From: Candidatus Dormiibacterota bacterium
GTDB lineage: Bacteria; Acidobacteriota; Terriglobia; Acidiferrales; UBA7541
Direction of reading: 5' to 3'
Length of the DNA: 64,000 bases
Assembly (NCBI GenBank): GCA_035602385.1
Contig: DATNME010000008.1
Span: 19,441-83,440, forward strand
A program made the translations under genes and the position numbers. Shown here piece after piece: positions 40,309 to 49,317 of the stretch. The notes beneath the pieces are model-generated. The model did no database searches, had not been told where the DNA came from, and worked only from the letters and a program-made list of their open reading frames with translations. Within the stretch, counting starts at the first letter, position 1; each line of letters starts with the position of its first letter.

Positions 40309-41439
40309 ATGCAACGAGGCGCAATCAAGCAACACGGCAAGTTCTGGGTCCTGAAATTTCGTGAGGACGTGCTCCAGAATGGCTCTCGGGTACGCAAGGA
40401 CGTGTACAAGAAACTTGCTCCCATCGGTCGTGAATACCAAACGAAAGAATCAGTCCAGCCGCTGGCCGATCTGATACTTGCTCCCTTGAACGCTGGCGTG
40501 CATCAAGCCCAGTCTGTGGATACTATCGAATCCTACCTTGAATCTTTTGTTGCTAAGGGCCAAGGCGGCAGTGGCCGCGAACTCCAGCAAAGCACGTTGA
40601 AGAACTATACGGTGATGCTCAACTTAGTTCGACCGCACCTGACACCGATCGAACTGCGGCAGGTTCGGACGCCTTACATCGATAAACTACTCCGGGCGGT
40701 CGCTGCGAACGACGGAGAAAATCGTCGGGCGCATACGACCTACAGGAACTTGAAAAACTTTCTGAGCAGTGCGTTTAAGTTTGCGGTCCGCGACGGTCTG
40801 GTCGAGTTCAACCCGGTCCGCGAAGCAGCTATCCCGGAGGGCGAAGAAGCGGATACGCATGCATATAGCCTGCGGGAAGTACGCACAATTATGGATGGAT
40901 TGAAGAAGCCCATGGCGAAGTCTCTGGTGATGCTGGCGACATTTACGGGCTTGCGGTCGGAGGAGATTAAGGGATTGCGGTGGGATGACTACGAAAACGG
41001 GGTATTAGACATCAAACGGGCTATTTCAGCAGGTAAGGTGGTCGAGCTTAAGACGAAGGCTAGCAAGGCTCCGGTGCCCGTTGTGAAGACCGTCCAGAAG
41101 ACGTTGGCGGCTCACTTAAAACAGAATTCAGGTGACGGCTACATCTTTCACGGCAACACTGGCGAACCTTTGGACTTGGAAAATTTCGCGCAGCGGGATA
41201 TCAAACCAGTACTGGAAAAAGCGGGGGTCGAATGGCACGGCTATCACGCATTCCGCCGTGGCTTGGCCTCGGTTCTCCACGAACTCGGGGTCGCGGAATT
41301 GACCATCAAACACATACTCAGACATTCTGATTCGGACGTCACAAGAAAGCACTACATAAAATCTTCGACCGAAACCAATCGTAAAGCACTTGAACTGGTG
41401 GAGAAACAGTATCTCAAGCAACGACTCAAGCGACGTTAG
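40309..41439 (+). CDS. int: Tyrosine integrase
   Basis: TFTGLRSEE (R), LKTKAS (K), YHAFRR (HxxR), LRHS...KHY (H,Y); N-terminal arm-binding-like KFWVLKFRED. Confidence 0.95.
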   Translation: MQRGAIKQHGKFWVLKFREDVLQNGSRVRKDVYKKLAPIGREYQTKESVQPLADLILAPLNAGVHQAQSVDTIESYLESFVAKGQGGSGRELQQSTLKNYTVMLNLVRPHLTPIELRQVRTPYIDKLLRAVAANDGENRRAHTTYRNLKNFLSSAFKFAVRDGLVEFNPVREAAIPEGEEADTHAYSLREVRTIMDGLKKPMAKSLVMLATFTGLRSEEIKGLRWDDYENGVLDIKRAISAGKVVELKTKASKAPVPVVKTVQKTLAAHLKQNSGDGYIFHGNTGEPLDLENFAQRDIKPVLEKAGVEWHGYHAFRRGLASVLHELGVAELTIKHILRHSDSDVTRKHYIKSSTETNRKALELVEKQYLKQRLKRR

Positions 41440-41710
41440 TCTCCATCCATTTCTCAACATCGGGCAGGCGGAAGCGCAAAAACTTACCGCACTTCAACGC
41501 GGGCATCGGCGGTCTTCCATCTTTGCGCTTACGCTTGCGGGTCAACTCATAGACGGTTGCGGTCGGCACTTGCAATTCTTGGGCGATTTGTTCGGGAGTC
41601 AAAAAATTAGATCTAACGAGTGACAATAGTTGTGGAATCTCTACAGGCTTACGACGGGGCTTTTTGTGGGAAGCAACTTCGGGAACAACAGGGGCATTCT
41701 TTTTCGACAT
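41426..41710 (-). CDS. Excisionase-like HTH DNA-binding protein
   Basis: FLTPEQIAQELQVPTATVYEL...KCGKFLRFRLPDVEKWM; convergent with int. Confidence 0.85.
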   Translation of the reverse strand: MSKKNAPVVPEVASHKKPRRKPVEIPQLLSLVRSNFLTPEQIAQELQVPTATVYELTRKRKRKDGRPPMPALKCGKFLRFRLPDVEKWMETNVA

Positions 41711-42204
41711 TAGACACCAACCGAATTATTTGGATTTCGGAGTGTCTCCGCGATTTGCTTTGACTTTAGAGAAGGCGTCGTGACCGATTACTGCGACGTT
41801 GGCCATCAGCGACTTGGCCCCGGATACGCTTGCCAGACTGGGAAGTCTGACGTATTTGAATCCTCTCATAGTACTGGTACCCTTGTCAAGCCCAAACTTG
41901 AGCCTATGACAGACCAAATTCCAATCACTGACCTAGTGCCAGAAGAGTTGCGAACGGACAACTACCATGCGATTCGAGACAAGATGGAGCGAAACCTTGT
42001 GCTCCCCGAGAAACTACAGCGGTATGCCTTGCACTGATCTACTTTGGATTTCTTACTTCACTCGCAGTGGCCTTCACCCCAAAATTTGACCAGCAAGCAA
42101 GGTGGTTCGCACAGTAGACAATGACGGTCCGCCCCGTCCAAAAATCTGAAAAACGCCGACAGTAGGCATCGGCGCTGTCTCTTCCTGATCAACCAACCCG
42201 TTGC

Positions 42205-42651
42205 TCAGGTATTTGGTTTTTCCACCGGATACACGAGATGTTCCGGGTCCCACCACAGAACTTTCAAAACGTTGTGTTCCATGATTCCGAAGACCCGACT
42301 TTTCTGAGTGATACCCAAGGATATGACTGAATCCACGTCGTCTTGTCCCATCTCACGGAGACGTTTTTGTGCATCGGCGCAAAGCCTATCTCGGCTGACG
42401 AAGTGATTTCTATATCCGGCTTGGCACAAAATCTGCTTCCAAGTCATTGACTCGAAACTTGCGAAGCGTTGCTTCACTTGGAGCAACTCTCCTTGCTCGG
42501 AAGTGTGCCAACCAAAGGGCTCCACTGTCTCAAGCAGCGAGACTCGCCAACAGGGGTACATTTCCTGCCAGTCGTCACGAAACTGACTCTTGGGTGTTTT
42601 GGAAGTATCAACCTTGACTAGGGATTTTGGACCCTTCTGCTTGTTGGTCAC
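42205..42651 (-). CDS. Putative toxin paired with the Panacea antitoxin
   Basis: 4 bp downstream of the Panacea gene; FESMTWKQIL, RVFGIMEHNVLKVLWWDPEH. Confidence 0.6.
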   Translation of the reverse strand: MTNKQKGPKSLVKVDTSKTPKSQFRDDWQEMYPCWRVSLLETVEPFGWHTSEQGELLQVKQRFASFESMTWKQILCQAGYRNHFVSRDRLCADAQKRLREMGQDDVDSVISLGITQKSRVFGIMEHNVLKVLWWDPEHLVYPVEKPNT

Positions 42652-42655
42652 GGTG

Positions 42656-43087
42656 CTATTTGAGGCCGGAGTAGTACTCGACCATCGACGCGAGAGAAAT
42701 CACTCGGTCCCCGCGCTCGTCTGGCTGCATTCCCCTTCGCGCTTCGCGCCACGGTTCTTCCTGATGGGTCCGGTTGCTGAGTTCCTGTGAGGACATATGT
42801 CCGTAGTATTTCAGAACTTGGTCTACCGTTTCTTTTTCCGAAGAGGTGAGGTTCTTGGGATTTCCAATATCCCATTGCCCGACCTTGAAAGCTCCGCGGT
42901 GATACTCATAGAGTTCCCTAACCACGGGGCCGTTGGCCCAAGCTTCAATCTGCTCATTAAACAGAGGAGCATCATCCCACACCAACGACCACGCCTGCGA
43001 GTAGTAAACCAATTTCTGCAACTTCATCGCAGTGATCGGACTGCGCTTGCTGAGAATATAGGCCGCGACGTCGTGTACGTTTGCCAC
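42656..43087 (-). CDS. Panacea (DUF4065/SocA-like) antitoxin
   Basis: MKLQKLVYYSQAW, IEAWANGPVVRELY, LSNRTHQEEPW; upstream TTGACT-N18-TAGCAT promoter-like site. Confidence 0.92.
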   Translation of the reverse strand: MANVHDVAAYILSKRSPITAMKLQKLVYYSQAWSLVWDDAPLFNEQIEAWANGPVVRELYEYHRGAFKVGQWDIGNPKNLTSSEKETVDQVLKYYGHMSSQELSNRTHQEEPWREARRGMQPDERGDRVISLASMVEYYSGLK

Positions 43088-43241
43088 TGAAATTCCTCTT
43101 TGCGTGCGAATGCTAGTTCAGCCACAGGTATACAGTCAAGCACCTAAACGAGTATGTCAATTTGAGAGAGGCGGGGTGTGACTCAAACTGCATGGCGGGG
43201 TTGCACCGCATCTATATGATGCCCCGAAACGATGGTGGGTA

Positions 43242-43502
43242 TCAATAGTGCGAAAGAACAGGGCTACCAGTTCTAGTACTGAGCTCACCAAGAGTTCTTC
43301 TCTCGGGCTTTCGGGTTTCCGTCGCCACTCTTGCCGCTATTTTAGGGGTTTCAGCTTCCTGAGCAGGTTTCCCGGCAGGGACAGTTTCAGCGGCTATCTT
43401 GGTAGCACCGGGCGGAATCAACTTCGAACCTGCTGGAATCTTGCTGGCATCTTGACATGCAATTTCTGTCACTGTGCGGTCTGTTGCCAGATATCGCAGC
43501 AC
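43242..43502 (-). CDS. Hypothetical protein
   Basis: ORF in the co-directional run; no recognised motif. Confidence 0.35.
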   Translation of the reverse strand: MLRYLATDRTVTEIACQDASKIPAGSKLIPPGATKIAAETVPAGKPAQEAETPKIAARVATETRKPERRTLGELSTRTGSPVLSHY

Positions 43503-43551
43503 ATTGACGGCTCGAATCGGTCAATCCAATCGGAGCCATCGCTAAGGGTTG

Positions 43552-44028
43552 TTACTTACGAAGTTCTTGTGGAGTCACCTGCCTCACAACCAGAACGTCG
43601 TTACCACTTTTGATTTCTTCCCGAGTTGCTGGGCGTGTCTTGATGATCGTGCTTGTCAATGCCCGCAAAAGCGCTTTTGCGACGACTTCGCTCGAAGAAG
43701 CTGCGATCAGCTTGTCAACGGTTTCCTGAATGATTTTAGAACTTTTGGATTCCAAAACTTTTGCGTCGTCAATCGTCGACTGCAACTTGGTGGAAACAGA
43801 AGCTTCGACTTTATGAACACGTTCTCCGGTCTCTTCCACCAATCGTCTGGACAAGTCGTAAACGTGATTCGCGTCGTCCAGCACTAGCTTCCGAATTTTC
43901 AGAATTTCTTCGTCCAATTCAGGGAACACAGCGTTGTATAACCGGTCCACTTCTTCCTTCAGTTTCGTTTCTAGTCCTGCGACCTGTGCCTCAACAGCGG
44001 CCAGTCGTGCTTCGAATTGTTCGCTCAT
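43552..44028 (-). CDS. Coiled-coil hypothetical protein
   Basis: RBS GGAG; heptad-rich EARLAAVEAQVAGLETKLKEEV. Confidence 0.65.
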   Translation of the reverse strand: MSEQFEARLAAVEAQVAGLETKLKEEVDRLYNAVFPELDEEILKIRKLVLDDANHVYDLSRRLVEETGERVHKVEASVSTKLQSTIDDAKVLESKSSKIIQETVDKLIAASSSEVVAKALLRALTSTIIKTRPATREEIKSGNDVLVVRQVTPQELRK

Positions 44029-44157
44029 GTTTTTCTCCATCGGCGTCGCCGATTTTTGGGTACCACGTCGATGCCGACGGGTTTGATTTTTGAAATGAAA
44101 AGGCGACACCGAAATGTCGCCCTTTGCTGCGCTGCTGTGGTCGGAATATTGGTTTGG

Positions 44158-44391
44158 TTACACTGAGCGTGTCTTCACATACGCCGCTTTGGCTGCGATT
44201 CTCTTGGCCAGTGTCATCGCGTGATCGACCACTCCGTTGTTGCGAACAATATTGGAGTCTTGAAAAACTTGCTTGGCGGCCTCAGCGGTTTGCACTGCGT
44301 CGATGTGACCGGTCACGGGGTCGTAGATTTCGATATTCACTGCACCGTGGCCGGTGAGAGGGCTTTGGTCAGGGTTTGTAGATTGAGTCAT
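44158..44391 (-). CDS. Hypothetical protein
   Basis: RBS AAGGA; co-directional small ORF. Confidence 0.55.
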   Translation of the reverse strand: MTQSTNPDQSPLTGHGAVNIEIYDPVTGHIDAVQTAEAAKQVFQDSNIVRNNGVVDHAMTLAKRIAAKAAYVKTRSV

Positions 44392-44443
44392 GTGATTTTT
44401 CCTTGGGCGTGTCGCCCGTCTCGGTGCGACCGAGGGTTGAATG

Positions 44444-44629
44444 TTATCGGGAAGTTGATGGAATTACGTTTTGAACCTTCTTGCCGCTGGCGTCTAACGA
44501 GGAGTTCTGCTTGGCAGCTTGTTTAGCTGCTCTATTTTCCTTGTTTTCCAGCGGAAGAGTTGTGACCTTTGACGGTTGGGGCAAATTGCCAATGCGCCGT
44601 GTGGCGGTCTCATTGTTCGTTTTTGTCAT
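44444..44629 (-). CDS. Small basic hypothetical protein
   Basis: Abuts the upstream small ORF (44632-44760, MSSAKEARK...). Confidence 0.4.
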   Translation of the reverse strand: MTKTNNETATRRIGNLPQPSKVTTLPLENKENRAAKQAAKQNSSLDASGKKVQNVIPSTSR

Positions 44630-44839
44630 TGTTATTTTTTCTTCCTGCCCGCAGTTTTCACGGCTGGTCCACTCAACTGGGGATTCTTACCGGCGACCGG
44701 GCGTCGTGCTCCAGAGAACGGCTTGTACTCGCGCTTCCGCGCTTCCTTGGCGCTACTCATGCTACTTCTCCATGTGTCTTGGCGTTGGATACGCCGACGA
44801 CACTTCTGCCCGGTTGAGCCGGGCAAACTCTTTTGAATC

Positions 44840-45469
44840 TTAGAATGTGATGTTCTGACGGCTGCCCTCGAACTTGTCCACCATTTGCTTGGCGACATCG
44901 AGCATCAAGTCATACCTGACCACTCCATTCTTGATAATTGTTTTGGTTTCACGGAGGGCTTGCCTGCGGTTTTTCGTAGTAGCGTAATCAACTCTGCCAC
45001 CGCGATTGACCGTGTAGGTGTTTGCGAGTCGTTCGAATTCTTCCTTGGATTCCGACTGTTCCGCCTGCAAACGACGAATCTTTTCGGTCTCGGCGTTCTT
45101 CGAAGCATCCACGGTTTTTGCTTCTGCGCGATCAAATTCAGTTTTTACCTTGCGCTGGTCGGTCCCGATGAAAGCCTTCACTTCCGCGTCACGCTTTCGC
45201 TTCCGCTCTAATTCGGCCTTGTCTGCCATCTCCCGACGAATAATTGGATGCTCACATCCGGGGAGCCACTTCACACTGTGCAGACACATTTTTAATGCCG
45301 CATCAAGGTTAGGGGGTGTAATTCCGCCCAATTGGCGGCTCATCGTAACCATTAAATTTATAGTTGCCAGGTCCCCGTCGAGTTGGAAATCCTTTTCGTG
45401 CTTTTTGCACCAAGCAAGGATTGTCGTCGACTCATCTACCGAAGTTTTCACTACTGTTGTGTTTGACAT
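44840..45469 (-). CDS. Hypothetical phage protein (KKHxxDF...NLxxA family, scaffold-like)
   Basis: RBS AGGA; shares a motif with 46183-46644. Confidence 0.65.
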   Translation of the reverse strand: MSNTTVVKTSVDESTTILAWCKKHEKDFQLDGDLATINLMVTMSRQLGGITPPNLDAALKMCLHSVKWLPGCEHPIIRREMADKAELERKRKRDAEVKAFIGTDQRKVKTEFDRAEAKTVDASKNAETEKIRRLQAEQSESKEEFERLANTYTVNRGGRVDYATTKNRRQALRETKTIIKNGVVRYDLMLDVAKQMVDKFEGSRQNITF

Positions 45470-45555
45470 TTCCTATTCTTCCTCTCTTCGCCTTTTCAGG
45501 CATAAAAATAGCGACCAAGAAACGGTCGCTCGCACAGCACAGATTGTTTTAGTTT

Positions 45556-46179
45556 CTAACCTTCGGAAAGTCGGTGGTTGATATTGTCCGCGCCATGTAC
45601 CCGAATCAATCGCTTTAAGGTCTCTCGGTCGAGTTGTTTTATCCCGCGAGCATCAAGCTTCACCTTCTCTCCCCGTACGAATATCTTCCCGGGTAATTCT
45701 GGGTAGCCCGGCACCGGCGGTCGACCCGCCTTCACAATTTCCCGGAGTTCTGCGACCGGTTTGTTTTGCAAATTCTGGACGGATTCCAATCTTGCTAGCT
45801 CTTTACGCAGTGCTTCAAGAGTCCAAAACTGCAACAATTTGGAACGGTGACGTACGACGCCCGGCGCGGAAGTCATTCCATCGAGGCACTGACAAATATG
45901 GGTGATAAGCTCGGATTTAATGACTTCGGGCTCCGCGAGAGAAAGAGCTGACGCAAGACCACCGGTCGGGTCGTCTTCTAACAAAAGAGTTATGCGGTCA
46001 AGGGACACTTTTTTAGGAAAACAAGCGGTCTGCATTACGCGGAAGTTGGCCTCTAGGTCCCTTACGATTGGATATTTTCGCAGAATTTTTCCCCATTCGT
46101 TCGCTTCGAATTCGCTGCGTTCTGAAGATTTCGTCTCGATTTCCATCGACGCCATCAACTCACTTAAGCGGAGTGACAT
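45556..46179 (-). CDS. Hypothetical phage protein
   Basis: Tightly packed in the operon; helical, charged. Confidence 0.65.
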   Translation of the reverse strand: MSLRLSELMASMEIETKSSERSEFEANEWGKILRKYPIVRDLEANFRVMQTACFPKKVSLDRITLLLEDDPTGGLASALSLAEPEVIKSELITHICQCLDGMTSAPGVVRHRSKLLQFWTLEALRKELARLESVQNLQNKPVAELREIVKAGRPPVPGYPELPGKIFVRGEKVKLDARGIKQLDRETLKRLIRVHGADNINHRLSEG

Positions 46180-46182
46180 ATT

Positions 46183-46644
46183 TTAATTTCCCCTTCGTAG
46201 GATTTCTTCCACACGTGCTTTCCACAGGTGGCCGTGTTTTCCCCTTACCCATTCCGAATATTGGGGGCACTTCAAAACATCTTTTTTGGTTTTGATATGT
46301 TCCATGTACGGCGGTACGGGAGGCAACTCGTCTTCGACGGTTGCTGCGACTGGTGGAGCTGCTGGCGCTGCGGTAAAAGTCACGCCTTGTTTTCGAAGCT
46401 CGGTAAAAGCAGTCTCCAAATTTTCTCCGTTGAAGTGTAAATTATTCGATTTTAAGTAACTCTCAATCTTTTTTGCGCTCTCAGGACTTTGATCGAAATC
46501 ATGTAAGTGCTTCTTCATAAAAACATAACTGATTTCCTGTCCGCGCAACTTAGCTCTTTCTCTTTGCAGCTCCGTTTGTGTGATCTCCTCTTTCGCTGTT
46601 TCCTCTGCTGCTATTTCTTCTGCTGTCAATTCATGTCGTGCCAT
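46183..46644 (-). CDS. Hypothetical phage protein (scaffold-like: acidic N-terminus, Pro/Ala linker)
   Basis: RBS AAGGAG; FMKKHLHDF...ENLETAFTEL; APAAPPVAA linker. Confidence 0.7.
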   Translation of the reverse strand: MARHELTAEEIAAEETAKEEITQTELQRERAKLRGQEISYVFMKKHLHDFDQSPESAKKIESYLKSNNLHFNGENLETAFTELRKQGVTFTAAPAAPPVAATVEDELPPVPPYMEHIKTKKDVLKCPQYSEWVRGKHGHLWKARVEEILRRGN

Positions 46645-46678
46645 AAAATTCTCCTTCGGCGTTTGTGCGCCTATTTTG

Positions 46679-46990
46679 TTACTCAACTTCGACAATTGCT
46701 TCGACGGCTTCAAACGGGCACGAACTTGTGTCTTTTCTGTTCGGGCGTATTCGGAGTTTGAGTCGGGCGCCGACCCTAACTCTCGCTAAACCGGGCGAGA
46801 CGACGGAGTGATGGACGAAGACTCGGTAGCGCGGGTCGCTCGCGGTTCCATCAAGCCGACAAAATAGATAGCGCTCGTCATCATATTTTAGGACGAAGCC
46901 CGTGTACCAGATTTTCTCGTATTCGTCGGTCCACGTTTCTTCCGTTTCAATTTCCTCAACTTCTTCACCAACCATATTTTTGTTTTCCAT
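46679..46990 (-). CDS. Divergent cold-shock-domain (OB-fold)-like protein
   Basis: YTGFVLKYDDERYLFC...RVFVHHSVV...VRVGARLKL; RNP2-like VFVH. Confidence 0.6.
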   Translation of the reverse strand: MENKNMVGEEVEEIETEETWTDEYEKIWYTGFVLKYDDERYLFCRLDGTASDPRYRVFVHHSVVSPGLARVRVGARLKLRIRPNRKDTSSCPFEAVEAIVEVE

Positions 46991-47090
46991 GTTTTCTCTT
47001 TAGGCGGATAAGCAGCCGAGCCCCGCTGATGGACGGAGGCCCGGCACATCTGTCAGCGTGCCTAAACGCTAGACCGAAGATTGTTTGAAA

Positions 47091-49292
47091 TTAAAGACGG
47101 AAACCGGGAGGCAGAATCTTCAACGCTGTTGCCCAGCGGGGGTCTGTTGATTTTTGCTGTAGTGTTGGTGCGTCTGGTGCCTTCGGTTGATAGTTTTGAC
47201 CACCGAACGTTCGCTCGTACTGAGCACGTTTCTCCGCCTGCTTTCGCATTTTTTCCATTTCATCTTCGTTCTCTGCGGGTGTTTTATTTTTATTCGGAGT
47301 GGCGGCGTAAATTCGAAATGTCGTGGCAATTTGGCTTAAACAATCGGCCCGGTCATCCTTCTTACGGCCCGAGCTGACTGCCCCGTCCAGTTTTTGCAGT
47401 TCAGCGAATAAAGCATCCACATAAGCGGAACTAGCGAATTTCAAACGGCCTACGCTTAGCAGCAATTCGAGTTCTTTGATTCTCAAAAATTTCGCATTCT
47501 TAACGTTCGATGGCTGGACAAAATAGACCGGCACACTGCATTCGTATTTAGCCCCGATCAAATTAATTTGTGTTCTGAGGCTATCTGACGTCGGGCCTTG
47601 TTCGATCAAAACGACTTTCGGATTGTATTGTCTTGTCAGCATAACCAGTCTATGCGCCAGCTCTGAGCCCCGTAGTCTGTCTGCCTCAATGTCCAAAACG
47701 CACATGCATTTTTCGTTTGCGCTGTTTTCATGCATGCGGACGATTCCGATAGACGTTAGGTCCGCACGTGCAGACATTGAGTACGCGACATCGACCGATA
47801 TAATATTGTCGCCTGCGGGGACTGCGCTTTGAGGGATACAGGCACGGGTCAAAACATCCGGGTCGAAATGCAGTTTAATTTCGTTTAAATCCGTAGGTAA
47901 AAACTCGCAGAGGTTTTGCATTCGGAAAAAACGATACCCGTTGGACTTGCTGGCTCGCACTTCTTTTTGCAGGAATTTCCAAGAAAGTCGTGAAGGGAAC
48001 AAAAGTTCGACGTCTTCCTCGACCAGTTGGGTCAGCTCTTTGTGTTTCGCATCTACTTTCACCGTCCACGCTGGGTCGATTCTATATTTAGCCGAGCCGT
48101 CTTCGGTTTCATCCGCCCGAGTGACCAGCGCTGCTGTCAAATCTTCCATATGCCACGGAGTAGAGCACATCGTGATGTAGCCTCCGGGTTCGACTAGCTT
48201 GTTTAAGAGGTCGTGTTTATCGATGGAGGCTTGACGCTGAATTTCATTGGCTGTTGTCAAATTGCTGACTGGGTCATCGTAGTGCAAGCAGTGACATCTC
48301 CTGCCCGCCGAAGAAACATCCATCGCCGTTGCTTCTACTGTCGCACCGATGAGTTTCAAATGGTCGAAGGGATTTTCTAAAATTAAAGAAGAGCCGTCGT
48401 CTGGTTTGATGCACATTTCCGGCATCAACCAATTGAAACGAGTACCTTCGCCGTGGACCTCAAATGTGCCGCGAAGATGTCTTACGAAATCACGCGCAAG
48501 TGGGCGAGTTTCCGTACAGAGCAAAATTTTGAGTGACGGGCAGCAGCAAACAGCAGTAACCATCCATCGGCGAGCGAACCAACTTTTGTACGCAGATCGC
48601 GATGCTATAAGGTTGAACGTTTTAACCGGGTCTTGAGCACCCAGCCATCTTTTTAAATCTTCCAACGAGTAACCGGGGTTCAATCCGACAGGGCTGAGTT
48701 TTGGAAAGAAGTCTCGCCAAACACCGTGCGGTTTTTCGTGGAAGTCGTCGCCTAGTATGTCCCGTCCGAGCAAGAACGCGTCCGTCTTACAAATCCTGCG
48801 AAGACGCAAAAATTCTGCGAAGGATGCCTCTTCGCGCCATGCGAAACTGAAATCATAAAGCGCGTACAATTCTTTTTTGCTGATAAGCTCGCCCACGACG
48901 TTTCCGTCGGCGAGTTCGCCCAGTACCTCTGGGATATCCAGTTCGGAAGCATTCTCGTCCTTCTCGTAGGCCAGCCGAGTCTTGACGACTCCGTAGCGAA
49001 AGAGATGCTGATTCTCGACCAGCTTTAAATTTTGGGTCGCGAGCGAAGCAAGCTCTAAACAGACTTCGAGGACTCGGGAGTTCTTAATTCCGCGCTCCTC
49101 GGTGAGAATTTGTATCTTGTCTTTCTTTGTTAACTCCGGCCCGTTGAATTTGATGTTCTCGCCTGACGACTTTTTTCGCTTCCGGTGTTCGCGCACCGCG
49201 AGTTTTACGCGTTCACGGGATTCCGGTGTACTTTGTTTCTTCTTAGGCGCAGTCTCTGAAGACACCAATGCGTCTTTCTGTGAATCTTCCAT
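47091..49292 (-). CDS. Terminase large subunit-like protein with long N-terminal extension
   Basis: Walker A-like ASRSAYKS, Walker B-like GRRCHCLHYDDP, motif III STPWHMED, RNase H-like nuclease ISVDVAYS...DDRADCLSQ. Confidence 0.85.
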   Translation of the reverse strand: MEDSQKDALVSSETAPKKKQSTPESRERVKLAVREHRKRKKSSGENIKFNGPELTKKDKIQILTEERGIKNSRVLEVCLELASLATQNLKLVENQHLFRYGVVKTRLAYEKDENASELDIPEVLGELADGNVVGELISKKELYALYDFSFAWREEASFAEFLRLRRICKTDAFLLGRDILGDDFHEKPHGVWRDFFPKLSPVGLNPGYSLEDLKRWLGAQDPVKTFNLIASRSAYKSWFARRWMVTAVCCCPSLKILLCTETRPLARDFVRHLRGTFEVHGEGTRFNWLMPEMCIKPDDGSSLILENPFDHLKLIGATVEATAMDVSSAGRRCHCLHYDDPVSNLTTANEIQRQASIDKHDLLNKLVEPGGYITMCSTPWHMEDLTAALVTRADETEDGSAKYRIDPAWTVKVDAKHKELTQLVEEDVELLFPSRLSWKFLQKEVRASKSNGYRFFRMQNLCEFLPTDLNEIKLHFDPDVLTRACIPQSAVPAGDNIISVDVAYSMSARADLTSIGIVRMHENSANEKCMCVLDIEADRLRGSELAHRLVMLTRQYNPKVVLIEQGPTSDSLRTQINLIGAKYECSVPVYFVQPSNVKNAKFLRIKELELLLSVGRLKFASSAYVDALFAELQKLDGAVSSGRKKDDRADCLSQIATTFRIYAATPNKNKTPAENEDEMEKMRKQAEKRAQYERTFGGQNYQPKAPDAPTLQQKSTDPRWATALKILPPGFRL

Positions 49293-49317
49293 TCCTTTCC
49301 TCTTTTTGTTTAGGCGG

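Noticed and set aside
41780-42037. Plus-strand ORF between xis and the TA pair
   Set aside because: Uncertain start, no motif and opposite to the surrounding operon; too little support to call
47017-47060. CTGATGGA-containing hairpin downstream of terL as a hammerhead ribozyme or pseudoknot
   Set aside because: The core deviates from CUGANGA, no GAAA partner is present, and loop geometry does not fit an H-type pseudoknot
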